A DNA stretch of 63,297 nucleotides, filler included, from Lenisia limosa (lineage: Eukaryota > Protista > Breviatea), in assembly GCA_001655205.1 (NCBI GenBank). It is 13 parts of 13 records of this genome, joined end to end, with 100 filler letters (N's around TTAATTAATTAA, not from the genome) between each part and the next. Parts side by side here need not be neighbours in the genome. Positions count along the whole stretch, not along the records: positions 1 to 10,502 come from LPNZ01006037.1; positions 10,603 to 13,693 come from LPNZ01007112.1; 11 more parts are not named here. One strand, 5' to 3'. The notes under the pieces were generated by a model. It made no database searches, was not told the origin of the DNA, and saw nothing but the letters and a program-made list of their open reading frames with translations. Of the stretch, positions 1 through 11,520 are shown piece after piece (position 1 is the stretch's first letter; each line of letters starts with the position of its first letter). The position numbers were made by a program, and so were the translations under genes.

Positions 1-84
1 GTTTTCAGCCAACAGAGTTGATTTTGGGCTTTTTTGTTTCATAAATTTTCCAATTTTACTTTCCCCCCCCCCTCCCCTTGACAG
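1..84 (+). mobile_element. Family C intron-acceptor repeat (introner-like), 3' part
   Basis: tcagccaacagagttgattttgggcttttttgtttcataaattttccaattttact-C-run, ending at the ACAG acceptor of exon 85-186. Confidence 0.75.
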
Positions 85-3000
85 ACTGGTCAGAGCCGTT
101 TCATAGAGTCTGACCGAGACCTACACTCCACATCCGGTTACCAGGCTGGCCTCCTTCCGCCTCGACTAAATCGGATATGTTTCCCTGTAAGTGGCTAAGT
201 GGACAAAATCGGATAAGTTTCCCTGAAGGGGGGGGGGGGGGNNNNNNNNNNNNNNNNNNNNNNNNNNNNNNNNNNNNNNNNNNNNNNNNNNNNNNNNNNN
301 NNNNNNNNNNNNNNNNNNNNNNNNNNNNNNNNNNNNNNNNNNNNNNNNNNNNNCTGTAAGGATTTAAATGTCTCAAAGCCAAGTAAAGTGACGTAGAGAG
401 TATTGGGCCATACTAATCAAATCCGGCCCATTTTGTGGTGTTTTACTGTCAAATATGGACAAAATGGTGAAAATATGCCCTAAAAACAACCATTTTATTC
501 CACTGGCTATTGAGGTTTTGCAACTGATAACGTGTTGTTAGTTCAAAACATTGATTTTGAAACATGTTGTGTGTCTTGTATGAAAGTTTAAGAGATGGAT
601 TATTTTATTTCTCTGTTGAAACCTATCACCTTCCTTTCTTCTTCGACTATGATAGTGTAAGGATATTGAGATCGGTATATTGAAAGCCAGGATTGCAGTG
701 TCAGGAGGACAACCATGTTGAACGATTGTGTATAGGGTTAAAACCCATAACACCTACCCCTCATGGAGCCCTATTGTGTATTGATTGAAGAAACTGTAAA
801 AGAGCCTAGTTTAGGAGAATAACCTGGGATGAGGAGGGTGGCTCAAAAATATTTCAAAAGAGGAATTGTTATTCATATTTTTTGTTTAATCTCAGATGAA
901 CTGAAATAGTCTCTTAACATATTTACGATATTACAATTGTGCGATTAATGTAATCTGTTGTTGCTATCATTGTTTACATCCCTCTTACCTGAAATAAAAC
1001 TAAGACTATTTTATGACATTCTTTGATTTTTAGGGTAGATATTCACCATTTTATCCAAATTTGACAAAAAACAGCGCAAGAATATCGGCGTAAAGGTACT
1101 AATCACGAACCGAATAAGTAAATTGAATCGGGTTCCATTTTCAGGCTGTTGAAGTGATACGTCATGACGGACTGACCGTTTTTTGTTTTTGTTTTTGTTT
1201 TCAAAAGCCAAATTATTTCGCTCCCTTAGTTAACCCCGTTGATTTTGGGCCTTTTTTGTGATATANNNNNNNNNNNNNNNNNNNNNNNNNNNNNNNNNNN
1301 NNNCAGGCCCGATTGATGGAGGCCGCTGATCCCGCGCAATGGAGCGTCGGCGTAACTGAAGCGGCTAGTCAGCTGGCTGAAGCTTCGTGTGCAGTGTTCA
1401 AACGTGTCAGTCACGTGCTGAAGTGAGGAGGGGTATGATCTAACGTGTCAGTGGATTAGGTGATATGGTGTCATACCTGGTACATTATATGCGCAATTCG
1501 TTGGGGGGAGGGGGGTTCTTGACACATATGAAAGCAGGTCTTCCAGTATTACCCCCCCCCCNNNNNNNNNNNNNNNNNNNNNNNNNNNNNNNNNNNNNNN
1601 NNNNNNNNNNNNNNNNNNNNNNNNNNNNNNNNNNNNNNNNNNNNNNNNNNNNNNNNNNNNNNNNNNNNNNNNNNNNNNNNNNNNNNNNNNNNNNNNNNNN
1701 NNNNNNNNNNNNNNNNNNNNNNNNNNNNNNNNNNNNNNNNNNNNNNNNNNNNNNNNNNNNNNNNNNNNNNNNNNNNNNNNNNNNNNNNNNNNNNNNNNNN
1801 NNNTGGCCGGAATTGCAATGGGACTCAACAGCAGTATTCACGACACGTTCCAGGTAGGAGCTGTGTTGTGGTCCTATTGGGATTTCATTGTGAGAATATT
1901 GATATTTATCTATACATTCAGTCATTTTTGGGACCGTAGGGAAGCTTAGTTGTGGTAATATTGGGACTCAAACGGTGCGAAAAAGGATATTTTTCGATAA
2001 ATATCAATGTTTTACCGGTCTTTTTCGGATGAATAGCAATCCCCTGGCTGTGCCAAGCCGTTTTTTTTTTTAGAGACAGCCGTCTTCTTGTATTCTAATA
2101 GGAAGCCTCTTCCTCTGGTAAAAATTTGACATTGCAGGTCCACGCGCTTTGGTCTCATGAAATGCATAGGGAGTTTGTTGACCCGTGCAAACTGCCTCAA
2201 AATGCCGCAATCGCCTCCAGTGTAGGGTAACAATGACATTTATTATCCATATCATACCACATGTATGACTAAAACAAAACTTCTTTCTAACTTTTGAACA
2301 AATATTAGTGTGAGTAAACGTGTGGACAGTTTTGTCCAAACTCTCCCGTTCTTCAGCTCATCGCTTTCAGATCATAGCAGATGTGAGTTTGAGTATTCTC
2401 AATACCACGGATCAAACCAGGGCTGTGGCCTTTGCCGCTCTTCCACTGCCTGAAGCGGGTAAGCTACTCTCTTAGAAAAAGCTCTTACCTCTTTCATGTT
2501 TTTTTTTTTTGTTTTTTTTTACAAATATGATATACTATTACTATTTTACACCTCTCGCCCCCTTATTGTTTACACCACCCCCCCTCGCCCCCTTATTGTG
2601 TTGTCAGCCAGCAGAGTTATTTTTGGGCTTATTTTTTTTCATAAATTTTCTAATTTTACTTCCTCCCTCGCAGCAGAAAGTACCGCATCCGGTGTCGCAG
2701 TCTACTCAGAAGTGAACACCGCTGAGGCTCAAAGAATGGTTGCAGATATCATGGTAGAGGGGAGGAGGGCGGCATTGTTGTTGGGTTGAGTAATGGGATG
2801 CGGTGCTGCAGAAGCGNNNNNNNNNNNNNNNNNNNNNNNNNNNNNNNNNNNNNNNNNNNNNNNNNNNNNNNNNNNNNNNNNNNNNNNNNNNNNNNNNNNN
2901 NNNNNNNNNNNNNNNNNNNNNNNNNNNNNNNNNNNNNNNNNNNNNNNNNNNNNNNNNNNNNNNNNCGTGTTACATTGCAGGTTGAACATGACCATGTGAG

Positions 3001-6000
3001 TCCGGAGGTATTTGACCAGGCCCTTACTCCCACCGTAAGCCCTAATATGTGATCACTAGATACTATAGATACTATAGTGGTGTGTCTTGATGACACCGTT
3101 TATGTTTATGGCCATAGTTCCCCTTTTTAGTGTGAATAAGGCCATATTTATCATTTTCATCTGTGATTAGGCCGTGTTTCATTTTTTTCAGTTGGACTAA
3201 GGCCAAATTTTCATAATTTTTGTTGTCAGTCCACATTCTCACCTTTTCAGGTATGGCGCCTTCTCCTCGCAGCCCTTCGCGTGATTAACATCCCGGGTGC
3301 TGGACTGTCCTTGATAGGTAATGGGGATATAAATATACCTTTGGGAAACCCTAGATATAGGTGTTATCTATTGAATAATAATACTTATTGATAACATATA
3401 TGTCTGCTTTCCCCTTTATGTTTGCTTCCACGAGAATTACATTTTAGGGGGACTTGGCACTGGAAAACGGACGACCGTGCGTTTAGCAGCACACCTGTCC
3501 TCTGCAGTGTTCGTAGCAATTCACGTCACCTCCGCATATCAATACGAAGACTGGCTCTCTGACATTCGCAAAGTGGGAGGGGGGTCTTGATGAAGTTGAG
3601 GGTAGATATCAGTTGTAATAAGGGGTAGGGAGGAGTGTTGATGAAAAGGGACTAGTATGTACTGGGCCTCGGGACAAACCCTCGTGTTATCTTCGTTCTT
3701 CACTTCGACTCGAAAGTGGTCATTTGATCAATCACTATAGAATAATAGTAATAATCATAATATACGAGGAAAGGCCACAGAGGAAACTTAACATCTTTAG
3801 GTCATCATGTCTGTCAGCCCCGACTCTATCAAGCAATTTGCCCTGTACGTTCCGGATGCGATTCACAGCATACCCGGCTGCACTGAGGACCTCGTGCGGT
3901 TCGTACGCGTTCGTGGGGCTGTGTTGTGTTTGCTGCTTTTTATAGTGACGGAGATAAGTCTTGACCTATTTTCCTTGGGAAATCACATAGCTTATCGGTC
4001 AAGACTTATCCCAGTTACTGTATATATATCATATTATTGTTGTTGTTATTTCTTATTGTTATTGTTATTACTCTTATTAGTGTATTAGTGTCGTTTTTAT
4101 TGTTATTGTTATTACTGTTATTGTGTTATTATTTCTTATTGTCGTTGTTATTGTTATTAGTGTTTAATATTTTATTGTCTTGAGAGATGGAATCCGTATG
4201 GAGTGTTTGCTATTACTTGAGATTATTACTTCATTGCTCATTCGAAACTCACTGCTTAGACCGGCATGCTACCTAGAGCCCTCTCAAACGAGGATATGTC
4301 CCTCATATCAGCGCTCATCAGAGGGGCGAGACCTGGTACAGTGAGGGGGCTTGCTTATTTCCCTTCTCGCGTCATAACCGTCGTATATAGAATTGTCATC
4401 ATCATCAACATCACCATTATTATTATCACCGTCACCATCATCATCATCATCAGGCGATGGAAACGTTTTCGCAGTTGGTTCATTCGAGGGTACACGTCTT
4501 CATGAATATTGCCGCTGCTGACTTGGAGTTTTCATCTCATGAAGCTGGGCCTTGTATGCAAATGGGTGGCGGTGAATTTGTACCAAATTTGTCCTATTTG
4601 TGAGCCGAATCTTCAGTGTTTCTGAATTGCTCCAAGACTGAATTCCAAACTCGATAATTATTGATGCTTTCACAGCTAAGTCTCAATAAATCGACCTTAG
4701 TGAAGCGCTCACCCCCTCCAGTAGCCCCCATGAGTGTTTCAAAGGTGTCATCTACCTCCTCCCTCAATAGGCACTCTCCGGTCCCCGCTGCAGCCAGCGA
4801 TTTGGTGGGTTCATTGAGGGCTTTCACAGGTCTTATTGAGGTGTCACGAGGGTTGTTTATCCAGTGTTTGTCGTTTTTTTTTGAGATTTTGGTCATTTTT
4901 TGGGATCGGGGGGGGGGGGTGNNNNNNNNNNNNNNNNNNNNNNNNNNNNNNNNNNNNNNNNNNNNNNNNNNNNNNNNNNNNNNNNNNNNNNNNNNNNNNN
5001 NNNNNNNNNNNNNNNCACCTCCAACGTTTCGTCCGTCTCCCTGCAGCACTTGTTCTCCACATACCCCTCGCTGTCACCTCGTTTGCCCTGTCTTTGGCTT
5101 GACCAGGGTTCTGGAGCCAATGCCGTCAATATCGTTTCTGTGGGCAATGGGGATGATGTGATATGACATGTATGATGATAGACATGTCTGATGATATTCA
5201 TGAGAAAAGCTTATTTTGATCTTGTGTGGCTATTCACCGTTTTGGATCGCTTGGAAGAAAATAGAGTTGAATATTTTGGAATATGATGATCAATATGTCA
5301 TCAAATGGTATTATATTTGTGATTCTTTTGGTGTATAATGCAAGTCTTTACAAGATTTTAAGGTAATCTTACAAGATATAGAGGCAATCTAACAAGATAT
5401 AGAGGGGGCTAAATCGGATCCAAAAGGAGCTCGGACCGGAGCTATCCACTACTGCGCAGTATCTTGTCCTTTGCCACAATACTGGTGGGCGGTGGTAATG
5501 TTTTTTTGGGGAGATGGGGTACTTGTTCTTATCACCCTGCGGTTAACATCCTCTAGCTATTGAAGCGTTTAACATCTTCAACAAGCACACAGACTGTTCG
5601 ATCCGCATCACAGCCGCGCATTTATCGACTCTCACGTCGCTGTTTGCGGCAGGGTTGCAGAAAGCTCGGCTCAGCGTTCACAATGAAAGCGCTATGATAA
5701 GTAAAGGTGAGAGGGAACAATAGTTCTGAAAATAATCGATTGCTTAATGATATCATGTCGACTGTTTAAGCAGCATGACTTAATATCCTTATAATGATAA
5801 CGTTAACGTCAGACTGAAACCAATACCCCCTTTTCCTTCCAACAAATTATGCTTGTGTTGATCTAGTTTGGTTTGTCTTTGCTTGTGGTTTATACAGTGA
5901 CAAGGATATGTCGTGACTGATTTGCTGCATGATTTCCCAAGGAAAATCGGTCAAGACTTCTCCCGGTCACTTTATGTATTGACATGTGATATGTACATGT

Positions 6001-7332
6001 ATGTGTGTCCGCAGTTCTGCAATTACAAGCTTCCCGACATGAATAACCCCTCAGCCCTGGACAACCTGCTCACTGCCGCTATTTCGGCCTCGGAAGCTGA
6101 CTTGGGTTTGCGGGTGGACGTTAAGCAACCATAGATAGAGATGAGAAATTATAAAAAGTTGTATCTGGCCGAAGCCGTCACACCATCACGCTATAAAAGA
6201 TATTGGATTATAGGATATTATAAATAATAATTCACCCATCGTTTGCCTTACAACTCCGTTGAACTTGAATTAATCCAAACTAAACACATTTTTGTTCCTT
6301 TCATTGGGACATATTACCTATCGAATGCTTGAGTGAAACCAACATCCAAATTAATCCCAATTATGTAATAACTATTTTATTAACCAATTGTAGCGTCGAG
6401 TGGAATAGTACCTCTCCTCAAGGAGGCACAGGAACTTGAGACCGAAGCAAAAACATCTCTTTCAAGTGGGGGGTGGATAGCTTCTTAATAACTTTCTGAG
6501 TAATATTGTGCTCTCACTGCTGAATTGATGGGATGCGTGGTACTGACCTGGGATTTTGTTTTGTTGTTTTCAACCTTGATTGTTTCAAGCCAATAGAGTT
6601 GAATCATTACTGGGAGAGGTGGGAGAGGTGGGAAGCTCTATCTTCCCTTATCTTTGTCAACTTCAATGCATATACGTTGCACAACATTTACTACACTTTG
6701 ATGCCATGATATTTATTAACTTCACCTCTATGTCCCTTTCCTGCCTTAACCCCTTTACAGCTGAAGAAGAAACAGCAAACAAACTGGAGGAGGAGCTCAA
6801 AACCTTGGAAGAAGTGGGGACTGGGAGGAGGAGCTCGATTGGGCAAAACAACTTAGCTAATTATAACATATTTTTTACTCATTATTTTTCCATTTCGTTG
6901 ACGGTTTAGCTAACAGAGTTGATTGGGGGTGGGTCATAAGTTTTTTTTTTTGTTTGTTTATTTCTCTTCATAAATTTTCCATTTTCACGACCCACCTCCA
7001 GAAAGCCCACACGGCCGCGGTCTCCACAAAGGAGCAGGCTGATGCAGCAAAGCAAGACCTTGACTTATGTCTCCCCCAACTCGAGGCTGCTACTGCCAAT
7101 CTCAAACACGTGACTAAGAAGGATATGGGTGGGGTGATTGGAATTCATCTTTTCGCTATTTTGACTTATTCACATCCCCCCTCTCCGACGCTCGCTAGAG
7201 TAATGGATACAGTGCTGCTGCTGGCCTGGGCTTTGTTTTAGCCAATAGAGTTTATTTTGGGTAATGCTGGTTTGCTAATGTTGCTGGTTTGCTAATGTTA
7301 CTGGTTTGTTTATTTTGTTAGTTTGTTCATTC

Positions 7333-7367
<35 letters not shown>

Positions 7368-10300
7368 NNNNNNNNNNNNNNNNNNNNNNNNNNNNNNNNN
7401 NNNNNNNNNNNNNNNNNNNNNNNNNNNNNNNNNNNNNNNNNNNNNNNNNNNNNNNNNNNNNNNNNNNNNNNNNNNNNNNNNNNNNNNNNNNNNNNNNNNN
7501 NNNNNNNNNNNNNNNNNNNNNNNNNNNNNNNNNNNNNNNNNNNNNNNNNNNNNNNNNNNNNNNNNNNNNNNNNNNNNNNNNNNNNNNNNNNNNNNNNNNN
7601 NNNNNNNNNNNNNNNNNNNNNNNNNNNNNNNNNNNNNNNNNNNNNNNNNNNNNNNGCATCGAGTAAGCCGCACCCGTTGATTGCACAAACTATGGAAGCA
7701 GTGTGCATTCTGAGGGAAATCACTCCAAGGTGGGGAGAGGGGTCTACAAGGTGGCTCTTGTTTGTTGTTTGTATTTTGCTTCTACAAGGCTCTTTTTTGT
7801 TGTTTGTACATTTTGCTGCCATCTTTGTTTGTTACCGCCCCCCTCCAGGAACGCATCAGCAAACACCCACCTCGACTACTGGCCAGAAGCGAGAATACTG
7901 CTCTTGGTGGGAGGTCACATCACAATCACAAATAACTCATTTTTTATATTGAATCCAATGAGTAAGAAAAAGAAACCGTCCTAAAAGAACTGAAAGACCA
8001 CACAAACAGATTTCTGACACTTTAGGACCGTAAGCTGCCTCGTCACCTTGCCAAGTTTGACAGAGACTCTATCACCGCCAATATGTTCGCTAAATTGGAG
8101 CCTATTGTGACGCAACCGTCCTTCACTGTCGAGGCTGTGGCTAAGGTAAGGGTGTTCAGGGGTGGCTGATGAGGGGGCTTTCATTATTTCCTAGGACTCA
8201 AACTATTAATTTTTTGAAGATATTAATTGACAAAGATTGAAATTAAAGTGTCTAAAATGGAGTTCCCATGGCTGTTTTCAGCCAAAATAGTTTATTTTGA
8301 GCTCTCTTTTTTTCATAAATTTTCCAATTTTACCGCCTCCCCCAGATCTCAAAGCCGTCCAAGTACTTTGCAGCTTGGGCAATTTCCCTCTTCGACTATC
8401 ACCGTGTCTTCCGCGACCTCCTTCCTAGAAGGGAAAAGCTGGTGGCGGCTCAGGGTCTGCACGGGGGGGTTATACGGTTATCCGATATGAATCTGGGAGG
8501 GGGGTAGTGGACTCGGGTCTGAGACGTGAAATGATCTATGACGTCAAAATAGGCCTGCAAAGCCTGTCAAGGTGGGCTGAGATGGGGTCCAAGAAGATGG
8601 CTTTTTTTCTTCTAATGTTTGACTGTGATTGCAGGTATAGCTATTGGGTATAAGTTGAGAAATTGTAACATACTGTGCTCCAAACTCCTTTCAAGACATA
8701 ACACTGATTTTCAAACAAGTAAAAGGACAGAGTTCCAAGTTTATTACGTAAAATTCCTCCGATGATGAGCAAACAGAAGTGACAGAGGGTTGAGAACAAG
8801 AAATTTCTGAAAATGAAATCGCAGTTTAGATAAAGTGATTCTTGATAAGACTGAACGGAAGTCATTCTAACCTCTGGCAGAGGAAGTGGAGCTTCTCAAC
8901 TCTGAGCTGATTGTCAAAACCGCTGAGCTCAAAGAACAAACTCGCAAGGTCAGTTTTTGGTGGTCTTTTCTTTTCTTCGGACAGGGTAGCATGTTTTTGT
9001 TGAGTACGCCTCCCCTCCTTCATTATTCATTATCAATAATACTCCCTATGCAATAAATACGTACGCTGGAGTGATGGGATGCGGTGCTGNNNNNNNNNNN
9101 NNNNNNNNNNNNNNNNNNNNNNNNNNNNNNNNNNNNNNNNNNNNNNNNNNNNNNNNNNNNNNNNNNNNNNNNNNNNNNNNNNNNNNNNNNNNNNNNNNNN
9201 NNNNNNNNNNNNNNNNNNNNNNNNNNNNNNNNNNNNNNNNNNNNNNNNNNNNNNNNNNNNNNNAGTGACCGGGAAGTGTTCAGCAGCCAACTTGACGAGT
9301 GAGACAACACACAGTATCAATACACTGTTCTGAAATTAGATGATGCGTGATACTAAGATTGTATTGTAAAGTAGGGCTTCCCTATGGTCTGAAAAAACAG
9401 CAGAGAAGCCTTTAAGTGAAGACTATGATGGTGAAGTAATTTTATTTAAGTTGTTTTCGATTGTCGTGTTCTTCCGTTCATCCACATTCGCTCCTCCATT
9501 TTCGGGAACAAACAACAGGGAAATGAGAGTCCCGTTCCCTCGACCCCCACCAACCTGTTTAGTTCGAAGCAGCGCCAGAACGACACGACCGTTCTCATGT
9601 CCATGTTGACTGAGGTGAGCTCGAAACGATAATTCATTTCCAGATGCTTCAGAAGACAGAGATAAATCTATTTTTATTTTTTGAACAAGAGAATAGAAAT
9701 CTAAGGAGACAACTAAATACATAGGGATAAAAATAATCTTAAATGCAGCAGTGTGTTTAATGATAGTTTTATTTCAGGTAAAGAGGGATGTAAACAATGA
9801 TAGCAGAAACATAATCACACAATTTTAATATCATAAATATGTTCAGAGACTATTCAGTGTTCATCTGAGATTTTATCACAAAATTTGAATAATAATTCCT
9901 CTTTTGAAATATTTTTGAGTCCAGCCTCCTCATCCCAGGTTATACTCCTAAACTAGGCTCTATATATGTTTCTTCAATCAATACACAATAGGGCTCCATG
10001 AAGGGTAGGTGTTATGGGTTTTAACCCTATACACAATCGTCCAACATGGTTGTCCTCCTGACACTGCAATCCAGCTTTCAATACCGATCTCAATATCTTT
10101 ACACTATCATAGTAGAGTAAGAAAAGGAAGTGATTGGTTTTGAAATAAACAATCCATCTAGTGAGAGATGATCACAAGTTTCAAATAATCAATTTTTTTG
10201 AACTAACAACACGCTATCAGTTGCAGAACCTTATAACTAGTGGAATAAATATCAACCTTTGGATCGGTTTGTTTTCCATTTCACCCTCCAGGACCGTGAG

Positions 10301-10405
10301 AACTGGGACAAACGACTCAATGAACTGCAAAGCCGCTTCACCAACATCATCTCGGACGTCAGTGTCGCCGCGGCCGATATCGTTTACGGATCTTGCCTCT
10401 CGACT
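85..10405 (+). CDS. Divergent dynein heavy chain, multi-exon fragment (AAA3 end, AAA4, stalk CC1-MTBD-CC2); open at both ends
   Basis: GT-AG exons in dynein order: 1307-1422 EASCAVFKRVSHVLK; 3251-3317 LAALRVINIPGAGLSLI; 3448-3572 GGLGTGKRTTVRLAAHL...YQYEDWLSDIRK (AAA4 Walker A); 4261-4345 TGMLPRALSNED; 4453-4552 VHSRVHVFMNI; ~5047-5107 TYPSLSPRLPCLWLD; 7002-7127 AKQDLDLCLPQLEAA; 7849-7906 DYWPEARILL; 8346-8441 KYFAAWAISLFDYHRVFRDLLPRREKL; 10292-10405 ENWDKRLNELQSRFTNIISDVSVAAADIVY. Some exons are hidden in N gaps and not all phases are resolved. Confidence 0.85.
591..1002 (+). repeat. ~410-bp dispersed repeat, copy 1 (inverted relative to 9764-10159)
   Basis: Colinear reverse-complement match, e.g. 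gcagtgtcaggaggacaaccatgttg here vs caacatggttgtcctcctgacactgc at ~10040. Confidence 0.9.
2596..2673 (+). mobile_element. Family C repeat ending at a dynein intron acceptor
   Basis: gtgttgtcagccagcagagttatttttgggc...ttcataaattttctaattttacttcctccctcgcag, then a coding exon. Confidence 0.75.
3943..4020. mobile_element. Family B MITE (Tc1/mariner-type ends), 78 bp
   Basis: ~24-bp imperfect TIRs (consensus CAGTGACYGGGATAAGTCTTGACC), TA on both flanks. Confidence 0.8.
5895..5972. mobile_element. Family B MITE, 78 bp
   Basis: TA|cagtgac...ggtcaagacttctcccggtcactt|TA; same length and core as 3943-4020, opposite orientation. Confidence 0.75.
6158..6260 (+). repeat. Family E dispersed intronic repeat
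   Basis: gtatctggccgaagccgtcacaccatcacgc...gatattggatta...ttcaccc...tttgccttacaactc; also at ~17420, 20272, 22705, 26256 and reversed at 54355, 60640. Confidence 0.8.
6903..7001 (+). mobile_element. Family C repeat ending at a dynein intron acceptor
   Basis: ttagctaacagagttgatt...ttcataaattttccattttcacgacccacctccag, directly before exon KAHTAAVST. Confidence 0.7.
7336..7367. repeat. (TC)n microsatellite running into a gap
   Basis: 16 TC units seen directly. Confidence 0.95.
8272..8345 (+). mobile_element. Family C repeat ending at a dynein intron acceptor
   Basis: ttttcagccaaaatagtttattttgagc...ttcataaattttccaattttaccgcctcccccag, then exon ISKPSKYF. Confidence 0.75.
9764..10159 (-). repeat. 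~400-bp dispersed repeat, copy 2 (inverted relative to 591-1002)
   Basis: Reverse complement of 591-1002 with scattered substitutions and small indels. Confidence 0.9.
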
Positions 10406-10546
10406 GTGGGGAGGGAGAGGAATTTTGGGTTACAGTCCAGTATGGGGGGAGGAGAGGAATTTTGGGTTACAGTCCAGTATGGGGGGAGGAGAGGAATTTT
10501 GGNNNNNNNNNNNNNNNNNNNNNNNNNNNNNNNNNNNNNNNNNNNN

Positions 10547-10558
10547 TTAATTAATTAA
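10547..10558. other. Artificial scaffold-join spacer TTAATTAATTAA flanked by 44 N each side (first of 12)
   Basis: Identical spacers at 10547, 13738, 22493, 25090, 26925, 38256, 45024, 46757, 50544, 55058, 59567, 61644; the 12-mer gives stops in all six frames. Confidence 0.97.
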
Positions 10559-10736
10559 NNNNNNNNNNNNNNNNNNNNNNNNNNNNNNNNNNNNNNNNNN
10601 NNGGTTTTTTTTTTTGATTAGTATATTATTATTTCATACATTTTCCATTTTTACTCCCCCAGTGTACCACAGTCCTCGAAAAACCTTGATAAATCCTTGA
10701 TAAATCCCCAATATTCTTCTGTTTAAATCTAACCAG

Positions 10737-10846
10737 ATCCCCCAGCACTTCAATCCCCAAAAAGTATCTAGCGGCTACGAAAACTCGCAGAATGCCCCCA
10801 GGCCCCGGGCCACCCACAGTCGAAGGGAGAACAAAAGTGTGATTCT
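10737..10846 (+). CDS. Isolated putative exon, unknown protein
   Basis: AG...GT-bounded GC-richer block, open in two frames; frame not determined. Confidence 0.3.
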
Positions 10847-11520
10847 CCCCTCACACCATGCCGCCGGCGACCCTGTTGCCCAAATTGTGTTGTTTTAGCT
10901 TTAGTTTTGTATTTCTTTCCTTTTTTAGCCTCTCGTTTCTTCCCCCCGTGTTGTATTTCTATAGTGTTAAGTCCCCCCCCCCGTTTACCCCCCCATGTTT
11001 GTATTTTATACAATGTATCTTTTTGCAGCAAAGTTTTTTTTTAGTTCTTTNNNNNNNNNNNNNNNNNNNNNNNNNNNNNNNNNNNNNNNNNNNNNNNNNN
11101 NNNNNNNNNNNNNNNNNNNNNNNNNNNNNNNNNNNNNNNNNNNGGGAAAACAAGAAAAGAAGAGCTCAGGCCAGTCGCATAAAACGAAAATAAATGATGA
11201 ATAATGACGTGAAGGTACTAATTGCGAACCGAACTGAAACCACAAATAAAAACAAGCAAAAACTCCCAGCAGAACGACAAAAACAAAGCGACAAAATCGA
11301 ACAAAATATTTGAATCGTGAAGAGAAAACTAACACATCCATCCTCTTTTGGACCAAAGTGAAACCCTAGTAGAACCACCCATGGCAATCATTAAGAACAA
11401 GAAACAGAAATTCTCCATCAACAGAAATTCTTAAAAACAATATTACAACAAATCTATGACTCGTATTTTGAGTTCTCATCTTTTTGAAGACGGAGTCTTC
11501 CCACCGTTTCGCCACCAAAG

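Noticed and set aside
591-10159. The inverted 400-bp pair as ends of one 9.6-kb foldback or composite transposon
   Set aside because: Colinear dynein exons continue outside both copies (85-186 and 10292-10405), so these are independent intronic insertions.
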